From Methanothrix sp. (lineage in GTDB: Archaea; Halobacteriota; Methanosarcinia; Methanotrichales; Methanotrichaceae): a DNA stretch of 64,000 nucleotides. The notes beneath the pieces are model-generated. The model searched no databases, was not told where the DNA came from, and saw nothing but the letters and a program-made list of their open reading frames with translations. Positions 18,847 to 31,107 of the stretch are shown one piece after another. The position numbers and the translations under genes are program-made. Location of the stretch: contig OY821645.1 of NCBI GenBank assembly GCA_963682135.1, positions 704,001 through 768,000 on the forward strand. The letters are read 5' to 3'. Numbering within the stretch: position 1 is the stretch's first letter; each line of letters begins with the position of its first letter.

Positions 18847-20949
18847 ATGATTTTGAAGAACGCATTTGTTCCATCATTAAAAAAGGCTGTTTTAAAAAGA
18901 GCATTTCGCATCACATTATTAATTTGTTTTGTATTAGTGTTGCAGATGCCCGGCTTGATAGCAGTCGACACTTCAAACAACGATACTCTAGCCTTTGACC
19001 CTGGCAACATGAATACATCAATTCATCCCGGAGACGACTTCTATCGATATGTCAACGGCAGGTGGATCGAGAAGAATCCCATTCCATCGGATAAAACCGA
19101 TTTTAGCGAATTTGTGATTGTGGGTGACAGAACAGACGAGCAGGTTCGAAGGCTGGTAGAGCAGGCCTCCAATAACACATCTGCCCAGAAGAGCCTGGAA
19201 TGGAAGATAGGCCGGCTCTACAGCATCGGAATGGATACCAATTCAATAAACCGCCAGGGAACCGGGCCGCTGCAGGGAGAACTGGAACAGATAGACAATA
19301 TTACCTCCGCTGCTGATGTTCAAAAGGTCTCCACGAAGTTGCTTTCTTATTACATTATCGATCCATTATTCTCATTCTATGCTTCTCCCGACAGCAAGAA
19401 CAGCAAGGTGATGATAGCTACCATTTACCAATCCGGTCTGGGCTTGCCAGACAGAGATTATTACCTGCGAATGGATAACGAATCGGCGAAGACGCGCGAA
19501 GATTATCTAAAGTTCGTCGCCAACATGTCTATCTTGCTGGGCGAATCTTCCTCGAACGCCTCCAAAGATGCTCAGACTATTTTGAGAATGGAGACCAGAT
19601 TGGCCAATGCATCTTTCACAAATATTGAGAATCGAGATGCAGTCAAGACCTATCATCGCATGACCCTCTCAGAGCTGCAGGAACTGGCACCGGAAATCAA
19701 CTGGACCGGATTGATCCAGGATGTGGGCTATCCTGATATTGAGGTGATCAATGTCAACCAGCCGACTTTCATAAGGGAAATGGGAAAGATGATCGAGACG
19801 GAGAGCGCAGACGACTGGAAGACCTTCCTGCGCTGGAAGCTGATATCTGCAACTTCTCCATACCTCTCCTCCGAATTTGAGAATGAATCCTTTGAATTCT
19901 ACGGCCATAAGTTGAACGGCCAGGAGGAGATGAAGCCTCGCTGGAAGAGGGTCCTCGGGACAGAGAACCAATTACTGGGGGAGAGCATCGGCCAGCTCTA
20001 CATTCAGCAATATTTTGATCCTCAATCCAAGGCCAAGATGAAAGAAATGGTGAAGAACCTGAAAGCTGCATTTCGCGAAAGGCTCGTGAATCTCTCCTGG
20101 ATGGAGAATGCCACTAAAGCTAAGGCTCTTGATAAACTGGAGGCCATGGATGTTCAGGTCGGCTATCCGGATGAATGGCAGGATTTCTCTCGGCTGGAGA
20201 TATCGAACGATTCTTACGTGATGAATGTGCTCAGAGCCGGCAAGTTCCAATTCGAACACGGATATTCCGGGCTGGACAAGGCAGGAAAGCCCGTGAACCG
20301 CAAAACCTGGTTTGCGCCGCCTCAAGAGGTAAACGCTTACGCCTACTTCGAGATGAATGCCATATTCTTCCCGGCAGGGATTTTACAGCCGCCTTTCTAT
20401 AATGCCCTGGCAGATGATGCCATCAACTATGGAGCTATCGGCGCTGTCATCGGACACGAGATGACTCATGGTTTTGACGATCAGGGAAGAAAGTTTGACA
20501 AGAACGGCAATTTGACTGACTGGTGGACAGAGCAGGATGAATTCAATTTCAATAACAGCACAGAGGTGTTGGTGGGCCAGTATGACAAGTTCGAAGCGCT
20601 GCCGGGTCTCTATGTGAACGGCAACCTGACATTAGGCGAGAACATAGCAGATATGGGCGGCCTGACCATGGCGTATTATGCTTTCCATCTGACACAGCCA
20701 AATGAGACTGAGAAGATCGACGGTTTCATTGCAGATCAGAGGTTCTTCCTGGGCAACGCCCAGATGTGGCGAGATAATATCCGCAATGAGTCTTTGAGGA
20801 CTAAGGTATTGACCAATCCACATTCGCCCTGCAAATTCCGAATTAATGGTGTAGTCTTCAATATGCCGGAGTTCTACCTGGCCTTTAAAGATATCAAGCC
20901 TGGTGATAAGCTTTACAGACCAGAGGATGAGAGGCCGGTCATCTGGTAA
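18847..20949 (+). CDS. Exported M13 (neprilysin/PepO-like) zinc metallopeptidase
   Basis: Signal/anchor helix; PGDDFYRYVNG, VNAY, FPAGILQPPF, HEMTH, GENIAD, PHSP. Confidence 0.93.
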   Translation: MILKNAFVPSLKKAVLKRAFRITLLICFVLVLQMPGLIAVDTSNNDTLAFDPGNMNTSIHPGDDFYRYVNGRWIEKNPIPSDKTDFSEFVIVGDRTDEQVRRLVEQASNNTSAQKSLEWKIGRLYSIGMDTNSINRQGTGPLQGELEQIDNITSAADVQKVSTKLLSYYIIDPLFSFYASPDSKNSKVMIATIYQSGLGLPDRDYYLRMDNESAKTREDYLKFVANMSILLGESSSNASKDAQTILRMETRLANASFTNIENRDAVKTYHRMTLSELQELAPEINWTGLIQDVGYPDIEVINVNQPTFIREMGKMIETESADDWKTFLRWKLISATSPYLSSEFENESFEFYGHKLNGQEEMKPRWKRVLGTENQLLGESIGQLYIQQYFDPQSKAKMKEMVKNLKAAFRERLVNLSWMENATKAKALDKLEAMDVQVGYPDEWQDFSRLEISNDSYVMNVLRAGKFQFEHGYSGLDKAGKPVNRKTWFAPPQEVNAYAYFEMNAIFFPAGILQPPFYNALADDAINYGAIGAVIGHEMTHGFDDQGRKFDKNGNLTDWWTEQDEFNFNNSTEVLVGQYDKFEALPGLYVNGNLTLGENIADMGGLTMAYYAFHLTQPNETEKIDGFIADQRFFLGNAQMWRDNIRNESLRTKVLTNPHSPCKFRINGVVFNMPEFYLAFKDIKPGDKLYRPEDERPVIW

Positions 20950-21063
20950 GGAGGACCATTGCAGAGAGGATTTAGGGAAAAGAAGATGCCTAAAGGAAGT
21001 ATGCCTGAAGGGGGTTAGAATCCACTTTGGCAGCCTTCAGCTATCGGAACTTGGGTGTAACTA

Positions 21064-21510
21064 TCAGGCCTTTATGACAATCGTCTTGGCGATGTTATCC
21101 CCAAGTCTCTGCTTCTTATCGGAACGCCAGATGAGGATAGCACCGATGAGATAGGCGAATAGTCCATCGATGATTCTGAGGATATTCCTTGTCAGAGCTT
21201 GGTTCATATCGATCTGTCCTCCGTCTTCCCTGACTACCTTGATCTTGGTTACCATCTTGCCGATGGTCTGTCCCTTTGACCCCTCAAGGAGTGTGAAATA
21301 GCCAACGTAAATTACGAAATAGAGCAATCCAATCCACCAGGGAACCATTCTCTGCGTCATCATACCAAAACCCATCCCACTGCCGATGGCTCCAATAATG
21401 ATGCCCACAATTATGTTATCAATGATGAGAGATACTAGCCTAATTCCTATTCCCTGGTACTCTTTCGTCTCTATGGTATTTCCTGAATTTGATAAAATTT
21501 CATCGGTCAT
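21064..21510 (-). CDS. RDD family membrane protein
   Basis: RLVSLIID, GQTIGK, QRLGD. Confidence 0.88.
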   Translation of the reverse strand: MTDEILSNSGNTIETKEYQGIGIRLVSLIIDNIIVGIIIGAIGSGMGFGMMTQRMVPWWIGLLYFVIYVGYFTLLEGSKGQTIGKMVTKIKVVREDGGQIDMNQALTRNILRIIDGLFAYLIGAILIWRSDKKQRLGDNIAKTIVIKA

Positions 21511-21608
21511 AAATCCACTCTCCTAGCTATGACTAATAACATCTATATTGGAAACGCATGCATTAGCCATTTCCAAATCAACTAATATAATTAATATAGC
21601 TATTACTG

Positions 21609-22485
21609 CTATATATTTTTTTCTTTAAAGTTAATCGCATGTAGAGTCCCGAATCTTTGGCATTTATATACCCCTCGATTCTTTTTTAATCTACCTTGCT
21701 GCATTAAAATCTCTCTCCATTCGAGACAGAATAAATTCAACTTACAGCCGTTTGGCAATCTAGACCAAAAAGCATCTTCTGGCGTCTGAAGATAGTGCTT
21801 TTCTTCAAGACTCTCATGATACCTTATTGAGTTATACCAATTCAAAAATTTGTCAAAATTTTCAAACAATTTCCTGCTCTTCTCGTAAGTATGAAACCAT
21901 TTTTCGATTTTGCCATTGGTCTGAGGATGCTTAACTCGCGCCAGGATATGTTTTATCCTATTCTCTGCCAGGAATCGTCCAAAATCACATTCTGACACCC
22001 CGTTCTTGTCTGACCTGTTGGCAAAGAATTGCGAGCCATGATCCGTAATCATCTCTTTGATTTCCCGAATCTCTCCAAAATCATCAAGCGCCATTCTTAC
22101 AATCGCTATGCTGTTATCAGTAGTCGCAGCAGAAAATTCCCCTTCTGCAAGAATGAATCGAGAGCTGTCATCAAGAACCACGCAGACCTCTTTGCCATTG
22201 AATCGACTGGTATGCCAATCAAGATGAACTGCGATGAGACTATGTTTTCGTTCATATCTCATCCAAGGCTTCCTGCGTTTCTTTTTTGTTATCCCCATTG
22301 GTTAAACCGTTTTCAAGAAGGACTTGATGGATCGCGTTATGCGGTATATGTCTGCCATATCTTTGCTCGATTATCTTCTCGATAAGCCTTGCTCCGGAAT
22401 TTTGCTCTTTGTGGATTTCCAGTATTAGACTAACGTCTGACTCGCCAAGACTCTTCTTTGGGCGCCCGAACTTTTTTGGTGCCAA
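21609..22485 (-). pseudogene. IS481-type DDE transposase, frameshifted and 5'-truncated
   Basis: Two frames join near 22290 (GRPKK...IPHNAIHQVL / KKRRKPWMRYERKHSL..VHLDW); LDDSSR, TDHGSQF, HPQTNGKIEKW. Confidence 0.85.
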
Positions 22486-22549
22486 TGGCTCCTTATTCTT
22501 ATAATTGAGATCGTGCGGTTAATGCGTTTACTTGATTCGGGAGGTTGGG
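21640..22549 (-). mobile_element. Decayed IS481-family insertion sequence
   Basis: Transposase remnants plus a terminal TGTAGAGTCCCGAATC at 21640 and a partial inverted copy GATTCGGGA at 22534-22542; upper boundary approximate. Confidence 0.7.
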
Positions 22550-22559
22550 TCAAAACCTA

Positions 22560-23102
22560 TTAGAGATTCACGACCCGGTCGCTTTTGGACACGGAAATCA
22601 GACGCTCTACTCCATCAATCTCCTTGATTAATGCCGCCACAGAAGACGGCACCAGTTTGGACCATTCACCATTCTCTCTCATCAGCTTGCGGATGACCGT
22701 CCCGGAATACTGGTCTCTCCGGTACATGGGCGACCTTCTTATCTGTATGCCGGCTTCGGACATGAGCTGAACCACCAGAGGATTATTGGAGTAGACCACA
22801 TCAAAGCGAGGCACCATGGATCGCAGGTGAGAAGCCCATACGCAGTTTCTTTGGATATCCTGCAAAGGCGTGATGACGCATCGCTCCCTCAAACCGCTCT
22901 CGCTCAAAGCGGCATATATCATCTCCATCCTCTCGCCACCGGTGAAAGGATTTTCTGGAGTGTGGCTCTCCTGGGCGCTGCCAATTACGATTACTATCTC
23001 CTCCACCTCCAGAGCGATCTTCTCCAAAACCGCCTGATGCCCCAGGTGATAGGGCTGGAAGCGCCCAATGTACAAAGCCCTCTTGATCTTTAAATCCCCC
23101 AT
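22560..23102 (-). CDS. nadM: Nicotinamide-nucleotide adenylyltransferase
   Basis: YIGRFQPYHLGH, GSAQESH..NPFTGGER, YSGTVIR. Confidence 0.9.
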   Translation of the reverse strand: MGDLKIKRALYIGRFQPYHLGHQAVLEKIALEVEEIVIVIGSAQESHTPENPFTGGERMEMIYAALSESGLRERCVITPLQDIQRNCVWASHLRSMVPRFDVVYSNNPLVVQLMSEAGIQIRRSPMYRRDQYSGTVIRKLMRENGEWSKLVPSSVAALIKEIDGVERLISVSKSDRVVNL

Positions 23103-23119
23103 CTTGACTTGCCTATCGC

Positions 23120-24878
<1,759 letters not shown>

Positions 24879-24891
24879 AATTCAGCGTTCT

Positions 24892-27800
24892 TCATTCCTT
24901 GTTTTTTGCAGGGGATTTTTCAGCTAGTTTATCAGTGAGACTCTTAATCAACTCATCAAGATCTTTCTCATACTCTTCATTGAGATCCAATTCCTTCGCC
25001 AACCGGCAACATTTCGAGGCCTTTCTGGCAATGAGCGGATCCCTCTTTGATTGCAGATCCCATAAATCAATTTTGCCCTTATATGCCATAGCCAGGTGAA
25101 AATATGCAGAAGGTCCGGCTTGCTCGGACACGGATTTCTCAAGCCAGTATATCGCTTCATCTATGAGGCCAAGGTCATAGCAAATCCAGCCCATGCAATC
25201 TTCGTAATCGGCATTTAAGCGATGCATCCTTGATTGATAATCCTCTTTATATTCTCTGCTATTTGTCCCTTTATTGCAGTCTTCCAGTGAGCCAATATCT
25301 TTTTTGGCAAGACGAGCATTATCAAGGGCAATACCAGGGTTACCATTGCGTTCTATGCATGAGATTGATTTACCTAAATAGGCTCGAATTATTATCTCAT
25401 TTGGATAAATGAAATCTTCATATTTTTCTCCAAGAATATTATCTGGCGCATCTTCTTTAAATTTTACTCCTTCTGATATTATCTGGTCGAACAGTCTATC
25501 CGATTCATCGAATGACTTAGCTTTGAGGTAAGCATAAGCAAGTCTTAGGGCGATTATGAGCGTGTCTCTATCGGAATGGATCTTTGCAGATCTAACATTG
25601 TAGAGAATTCTGAAATGAGGTATTGCTTTCTTGTAGTTGCCCATCTCATAATGCACTTTGCCAAGCCAGTAACGAGCCACACCTCTCTTTGTTATCAGAG
25701 ATTTATCATAGATCCTCAGGGCTTGATTGAGTTTATCACTGGCGGCAGTCAGTATTTTCTTACGATGTTCTTTATCATCGCATTTTTTTGCCTGTTTAAC
25801 ATATGATTGTGCCATCTCAACCAGGATTTCAGGCTTGTCAGGCTTCCAAGATTGTGCATAATCCAGCTCTTGCATGCCAAAATCAAACTCCTCCAGGTCG
25901 CAGAATATGCTGCCAAGCTCACGACGCTCGTCATAGCCCAACGGGTTAGACATCCTTCCTTTTTGTGCTCCTTTTAGGGCATTCGACATTTCTTTTCTTT
26001 GCTCACTCTGTGATCGGGAAAGCTTCGTCCAGAGGCTTCTGCTTTTTATATCCTGAGGACGTTCATCCTCTAATAGATTAATTGCTTCCTGGAAGGCCGT
26101 TTCCGCTTCTCTTGGCTTTTTCATATTAAGATAAAGCTGACCTGATTCAATCAAGAGCTGAGAATATTCCTGGACATACATGGAGTACTTTCTTGGAAAT
26201 TCAGTTTTAATTATTGAACTATTATTTTTATTATCCTTAATAAAAATCTCATTGATCTCTTCAAGCGTATTTATAGATTCTTTATCAAATAAATCCACCT
26301 GCGCTTTGATTTTATCATTATTCTTTTTATTTTCAATAGCATCAACAGCTCTGAGATAGACATCTGCGCAATTTTTTAGGGCATTTTCTAATTCATCGAT
26401 CGCTTCTTTATTGTGGGATAGTTTTTGCGCTTCGCTAATAATATCGCTAATTTTTCTTTGTAATTTATTGTACATTTTTTTATTTTTATAATCTCTAGCT
26501 TCAATTGGATTTGACTCACCATTTATAAGTTTGTATGTATCTAATTTGCATTTTAACACATTCTTGGCATTGGCGAGACAATTCTCAGACTCTTGCTTTT
26601 TTTCTTGATTTTTTTGATATATTTCATTAAATAGAGCATCCAATACGTTTATTTCCGGGCCAATGAAGATAGAGTCGTCTTTGAGATGCTTATTTAAACT
26701 TTCTATTTTTTTATCGAAATCACTATTATCTTGAATCTTATTATTTTCTAGAAAATTAATTGAATTAGTGAGACATCTATGGGCATCGTCTGGTCTTTTC
26801 GATTTCAAATAGTGCTCATGTCTATCAAACATCTCTCTAGCCTTTCTGAAAGAATCGTCCCAATAATTATAATATAAATAAGATAAATAACTATACGAAT
26901 AAAGAACCTGTGCTCTTTCCCATCCCTTTTCTGCCCGATGATAATCATTCTTCAATTTATCAATAATTATTTTGATGTGGTTTTCGTAAATGTTCTTAGT
27001 CTCATTGCTATCGTTATCTATTGAATCTAGGTCATCTAATAATTTAATTAATGTCGCAAAAACGGCGGCGCTTTTCCAATTCCCCGATACACCTTCCTCT
27101 TTTCCGCCGCATTCAAGCATCATTTTAAGACATTTGATAATCGAATCTCCTTTCTTTGCATCATCCTTTAATCTTGCCAAAAAGGAAGCATTTTCCAGAC
27201 GTCGACATTGCTCGGCTTCCTCCATCGACCCATAGACTTTTGCCACCATTTCCAGGGCGGCACTGCATGCATCAGGGCCATAGACCATGATACTATCGCA
27301 TAATTGAAACGCTCTTTCTTTGCACATTAATTCATTATGGGTTACTTCTTTGTTCCACTTTTTATAAAAAATACATCCAAGACATGCCTTGAACCTGTCA
27401 TCTTCAGGAGCCATTTTTGAGCCAAATTCGTAAATTTTTCTGGCGGCTTCATCGTATTTATTGGATGAATTCTGACAATGGGCTTTGCCTAGATGAAGAT
27501 ATAAATTGGAATCATAGGGATTCACGCTGATGGCCTGTTCAAGAGATTTTCTCGCACTAAAATTTTGCATAGAATAAGATAGCTCCTCTGGAAAGGATTT
27601 TTGCTTAAGCAAATATAGATCGGCCAGATCAATTAGGCACTCGCTAAACAGCTTCCTGGCATCAGTCAAATCATCCTCCCAGAATTCTGATTTTAGCAAT
27701 GCCAACAGGGAATAATATGCCGCCTTTTTACAGCACGTGATCGGATTTATTAGATCTATCTTTTGGACGCCGGATCCTGAATTCTTCACGCTGGTCTCAA

Positions 27801-29799
27801 CTGAACAGATAGACTCTCGGTTTTTTTCATCAATCCTGGCCAGATGGCTCATGGCATCTCCCTTCAGATTATATGCTTTTGCCAGACATCGATAATCCTT
27901 CAATATGATGCCAGAGTCTTTCTCTTTAAGTTTAATTATATAATCACTCAAATCAACAACTTTCGTATACTGTTCTGTAATTGTCTTATTGCAGAGGCGG
28001 AGAAGCTTAATATCATGATGATACGAATGAGAAAGTTCCTCTTGGTCTCTTGCTCTATCATAAATATTGAGCCCAAGGGCATAATATGCCTCCCATTCGT
28101 TGGGATTTTTCTTGATGGCCCTGGAGAACGCGACCTCGGCAGAGTCGAGCTGCTGGAGTTCGGTATAGACGACCCCTAAATTATAATAGGCTTTAATGGA
28201 GTCATCCTCCTCTTCGGCAGCATTGATGAAGTGCTTTTCAGCATCCTTTAAGTAATATTGCCTTTTTTTGACAGAATGCAGACAATCACGATAAGCTCGA
28301 AGACCTTCATTGAAATTCCAAATAGCTTTCCAGGGTACTACTTTGCCAGGTTCTCCAAATGCCAGCTTTGCGAAAATCCGGTGAGAGAGCTCACTAACCA
28401 TATCGTCAATCGGTCGGGTCTTTGAGTCACTATCCAAGGAGATCTGCTCATCAACAACCCAGCTGTATGGCTCACTTCCCGTCATAGTTGCGGTCAGGTA
28501 AAAAATGTCTCCCTTTTCCTTCGTTGTGTCTTTCGTCTTATGCAATCCGATAGTTATCCTTGGTCCCTGCATCAAGCGCCCGATCATACTGGTGACTGAC
28601 CCCAGGGGGACGCTTATTGGGCCAAGCCCAATCTCCGAATTTTCACTGGTTGAGCTCTTTAGAATATCTCCGATCTCCCCTGATTTAAGGGTGGCTTCGA
28701 CGGGCCTGCCTGCACCTGATTCAGATCGAATGGCACGTTGCTCATCTACATCTTTGTATAGCTCGCTTATCCTATTGAGGTTTGTTGCCAGCAGGTCGGC
28801 CAACCCACTTGGATTGGGTTCATCTCTGTCGGCCCCCTTTCCAGCTTTATCATCTGCTTTGGTTTCTTGCGGAGGGGAATTTGTGAAATCTTCCACAACA
28901 ATTGACAATTGATGAGATGTCCTCATGACGAGGATTATTACTTCTAAAAGAAACCAAATTACTAAGATCTTCTCCCAATGAAAACTGATAGTTGTTATTA
29001 TGCTTGATACCATTGCATAAAAAAAGTTATCCCCAAAATAATTCCAATATACTATTACTCCCTTTGGCGAATCCATATTGAGCAATAATCCGTCAGATGG
29101 TCCGTCCAGCAATGATCCTTGCGCATACCTTGCACCAAGATATGTGACGTTAGATATGATTCCATTGATCTGGGATGTGCCATCGATAATCATTCTTGAG
29201 CTCGATGCAATCAGGCCATTGTAGGCTTTCTCTATCAACCAGACAATGATTGCGACATCTGCCAGCCTTATTACAGGAGCCGGACATCCTGTAATCAAGA
29301 AGCGGTAGGTTTTTCCCAGCCATCTGGATATCCACAATAATAGAAATCGAGCAGGGAAAAAAATAGTATGTTTCGAAAGAATTAATAATGTTGAGAGGAG
29401 TAATAGTATTAATGAAATCAAGATAATAGAAAAGCCCAACATTGCCCATAGAGAAGATTGTGGTAAGCCTTTAGCTTCTCCAAAGAGTAGGTATAATATG
29501 CTTTCTCCATAGGCCTGGTCAATTATGCGAAGAATAAGAAGCGAAATTAGAATGACGCCAATGCCAAGAAATAATATTATCGCGTAAGCCCACCTTTTCT
29601 TACACAATGGTTTAAAATGGAAAATAAGAGCAGGAACAAAAAAGAAGAAAAAAAACGTAGTAATCGCATATGCCCAAAGATCAGACATCTCTGAGAAAGC
29701 TGTCGCTTTCACTAGAATGCTGATGAATGCACTGGCAATAAACAACGAACTCGCAAAAATAAAGAAAACCGTTGAAGCCCCATTCCTTACCTTCAGCAT
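24892..29799 (-). CDS. Large membrane-anchored TPR protein (~1635 aa)
   Basis: Several N-terminal TM helices; TPR-type segments (AYYNLGVVY, AYYALG, RYWLGKVHYEMGNYKKAI, AYFHLAMAY); start at ATG 29799 or TTG 29808. Confidence 0.8.
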   Translation of the reverse strand: MLKVRNGASTVFFIFASSLFIASAFISILVKATAFSEMSDLWAYAITTFFFFFFVPALIFHFKPLCKKRWAYAIILFLGIGVILISLLILRIIDQAYGESILYLLFGEAKGLPQSSLWAMLGFSIILISLILLLLSTLLILSKHTIFFPARFLLLWISRWLGKTYRFLITGCPAPVIRLADVAIIVWLIEKAYNGLIASSSRMIIDGTSQINGIISNVTYLGARYAQGSLLDGPSDGLLLNMDSPKGVIVYWNYFGDNFFYAMVSSIITTISFHWEKILVIWFLLEVIILVMRTSHQLSIVVEDFTNSPPQETKADDKAGKGADRDEPNPSGLADLLATNLNRISELYKDVDEQRAIRSESGAGRPVEATLKSGEIGDILKSSTSENSEIGLGPISVPLGSVTSMIGRLMQGPRITIGLHKTKDTTKEKGDIFYLTATMTGSEPYSWVVDEQISLDSDSKTRPIDDMVSELSHRIFAKLAFGEPGKVVPWKAIWNFNEGLRAYRDCLHSVKKRQYYLKDAEKHFINAAEEEDDSIKAYYNLGVVYTELQQLDSAEVAFSRAIKKNPNEWEAYYALGLNIYDRARDQEELSHSYHHDIKLLRLCNKTITEQYTKVVDLSDYIIKLKEKDSGIILKDYRCLAKAYNLKGDAMSHLARIDEKNRESICSVETSVKNSGSGVQKIDLINPITCCKKAAYYSLLALLKSEFWEDDLTDARKLFSECLIDLADLYLLKQKSFPEELSYSMQNFSARKSLEQAISVNPYDSNLYLHLGKAHCQNSSNKYDEAARKIYEFGSKMAPEDDRFKACLGCIFYKKWNKEVTHNELMCKERAFQLCDSIMVYGPDACSAALEMVAKVYGSMEEAEQCRRLENASFLARLKDDAKKGDSIIKCLKMMLECGGKEEGVSGNWKSAAVFATLIKLLDDLDSIDNDSNETKNIYENHIKIIIDKLKNDYHRAEKGWERAQVLYSYSYLSYLYYNYWDDSFRKAREMFDRHEHYLKSKRPDDAHRCLTNSINFLENNKIQDNSDFDKKIESLNKHLKDDSIFIGPEINVLDALFNEIYQKNQEKKQESENCLANAKNVLKCKLDTYKLINGESNPIEARDYKNKKMYNKLQRKISDIISEAQKLSHNKEAIDELENALKNCADVYLRAVDAIENKKNNDKIKAQVDLFDKESINTLEEINEIFIKDNKNNSSIIKTEFPRKYSMYVQEYSQLLIESGQLYLNMKKPREAETAFQEAINLLEDERPQDIKSRSLWTKLSRSQSEQRKEMSNALKGAQKGRMSNPLGYDERRELGSIFCDLEEFDFGMQELDYAQSWKPDKPEILVEMAQSYVKQAKKCDDKEHRKKILTAASDKLNQALRIYDKSLITKRGVARYWLGKVHYEMGNYKKAIPHFRILYNVRSAKIHSDRDTLIIALRLAYAYLKAKSFDESDRLFDQIISEGVKFKEDAPDNILGEKYEDFIYPNEIIIRAYLGKSISCIERNGNPGIALDNARLAKKDIGSLEDCNKGTNSREYKEDYQSRMHRLNADYEDCMGWICYDLGLIDEAIYWLEKSVSEQAGPSAYFHLAMAYKGKIDLWDLQSKRDPLIARKASKCCRLAKELDLNEEYEKDLDELIKSLTDKLAEKSPAKNKE

Positions 29800-29917
29800 A
29801 ATTGGCAACCAGACACTTTCCTATTACTACTGTTTCGTTGTTTTAGTATATTTAATTTGCCGAAGACCTCTCGAATGACAATGAGTGCATCAAATCAAAA
29901 TAAATATAAAAAACTAA

Positions 29918-30310
29918 TTATTTTCCGTCAATAGAAACTACATCTTTCGCTCGATCTACAGTTATCTCTTTAATTCCTTGAAAAGAGGAAACAGCACCCT
30001 TGATCCGGACGCGATCGCCTATATTCACCTTGTCTTGAATCTCTTCGGCTCCTGCTTTCGATGAAATGAAAACCGGAAGAGGCGTTGAGTCCAGCATGAT
30101 AATTAGATTGCCGCCACTCTTGGTAGGCTTCTTCTCCAGGACCAGGCCTTCTACTGAAAGGCTTGCCTCTTCTTTCATGCCGGAATCAATATCTTTAACG
30201 CCAGCCAGATCATCGTCTTCAGGGCCAAAGGCCCAAAAAGCCACCGCCAGAGATCCCAAGGCCATGAGGAGCAACACTACTACGACCTTCTCCTCTCTTT
30301 GCATCCTCAT
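29918..30310 (-). CDS. Membrane-anchored OB-fold protein
   Basis: N-terminal TM helix; VEGLV..., IGDRVRIKGAVSSFQGIKEI OB-fold pattern. Confidence 0.75.
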   Translation of the reverse strand: MRMQREEKVVVVLLLMALGSLAVAFWAFGPEDDDLAGVKDIDSGMKEEASLSVEGLVLEKKPTKSGGNLIIMLDSTPLPVFISSKAGAEEIQDKVNIGDRVRIKGAVSSFQGIKEITVDRAKDVVSIDGK

Positions 30311-30386
30311 GACAGTCCATCCGGCGCCATAGCCCAGGCTATTCTACAAGCTCTGCGCGATTGAGCAAAAAAGATTTTTATATCTT

Positions 30387-30563
30387 CTATTTCTTAACTT
30401 CCGGTTTGACACCATAGTACTGCTGCCAGCCCTTCTCCAGGTGCTCCAGACATATATCGCATACACCCTTGTATGCGCCCTCTGGGTAGGTGAGGTTATG
30501 GACGGGGGCCTTTATGGGAAAGAGCAGCGGTCGAGCACGGGTACATAATTCGCAATCAGCCAT
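30387..30563 (-). CDS. fpoO: FpoO-like small Cys protein (58 aa), not in ORF track
   Basis: MADCELCTRARPLLFPIKAPVHNLTYPEGAYKGVCDICLEHLEKGWQQYYGVKPEVKK*; AGGAG RBS; CxxC...YPEGxxKGxCxxC matches the FpoO N-terminal repeat as I recall it. Confidence 0.72.
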   Translation of the reverse strand: MADCELCTRARPLLFPIKAPVHNLTYPEGAYKGVCDICLEHLEKGWQQYYGVKPEVKK

Positions 30564-30629
30564 TTAAATTCATCTCCTACGAAATGTTGGATGAAGCTTC
30601 TCATGTTTAAGTTTTCTGTCCGAATGGTT

Positions 30630-31076
30630 TCATGCCTCAAAGGGATGATATTCTTCCATCTCCCTCACAATTCCTGCCAGTTCCTCCACCAGCGCCTCAT
30701 CTACCTCTGCAAGCTTTACATTTCGCACAACATTGGTCACCTCGATATCGGCCATGACGATCTTGGGAAGATTGCTGTGCTTGAATCCCTCCACCACAAC
30801 GTAGTCCATCCCATCCCTCTCCAGTTCAGCCAGGGCGCAATCAAGATCGCCTCGCTCGCGGGTCACCTTGAGGCGCGCGTTGCCCATGCCCAGGACCACA
30901 TCCGCCCCGGCATCGAAGTGGCGCCTGGTGTCGCCCCGGTCCACGTCATGGCCGGCCATGTTCTTGATCGTGCCCACCTTGCCATGTTTAGCCAGCGACG
31001 CTACCAGTGCGCAGGCCAATGTGGTCTTGCCTGTTTTCTTGGTTCCTACTACGGATATTACCTTCATGCTATCCAT
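30630..31076 (-). CDS. mobB: Molybdopterin-guanine dinucleotide biosynthesis protein B
   Basis: VISVVGTKKTGKTTL, GDTRRHFDAGA, VVVEGFK. Confidence 0.85.
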   Translation of the reverse strand: MDSMKVISVVGTKKTGKTTLACALVASLAKHGKVGTIKNMAGHDVDRGDTRRHFDAGADVVLGMGNARLKVTRERGDLDCALAELERDGMDYVVVEGFKHSNLPKIVMADIEVTNVVRNVKLAEVDEALVEELAGIVREMEEYHPFEA

Positions 31077-31107
31077 TTTCGATTGCAGATGGTTTGTTAT
31101 TCTTTGC

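Noticed and set aside
22275-22300. Programmed -1 frameshift at AAAAAAG in the IS481 transposase
   Set aside because: Joining the frames needs a +1 shift and the element is otherwise decayed; more likely a mutation.
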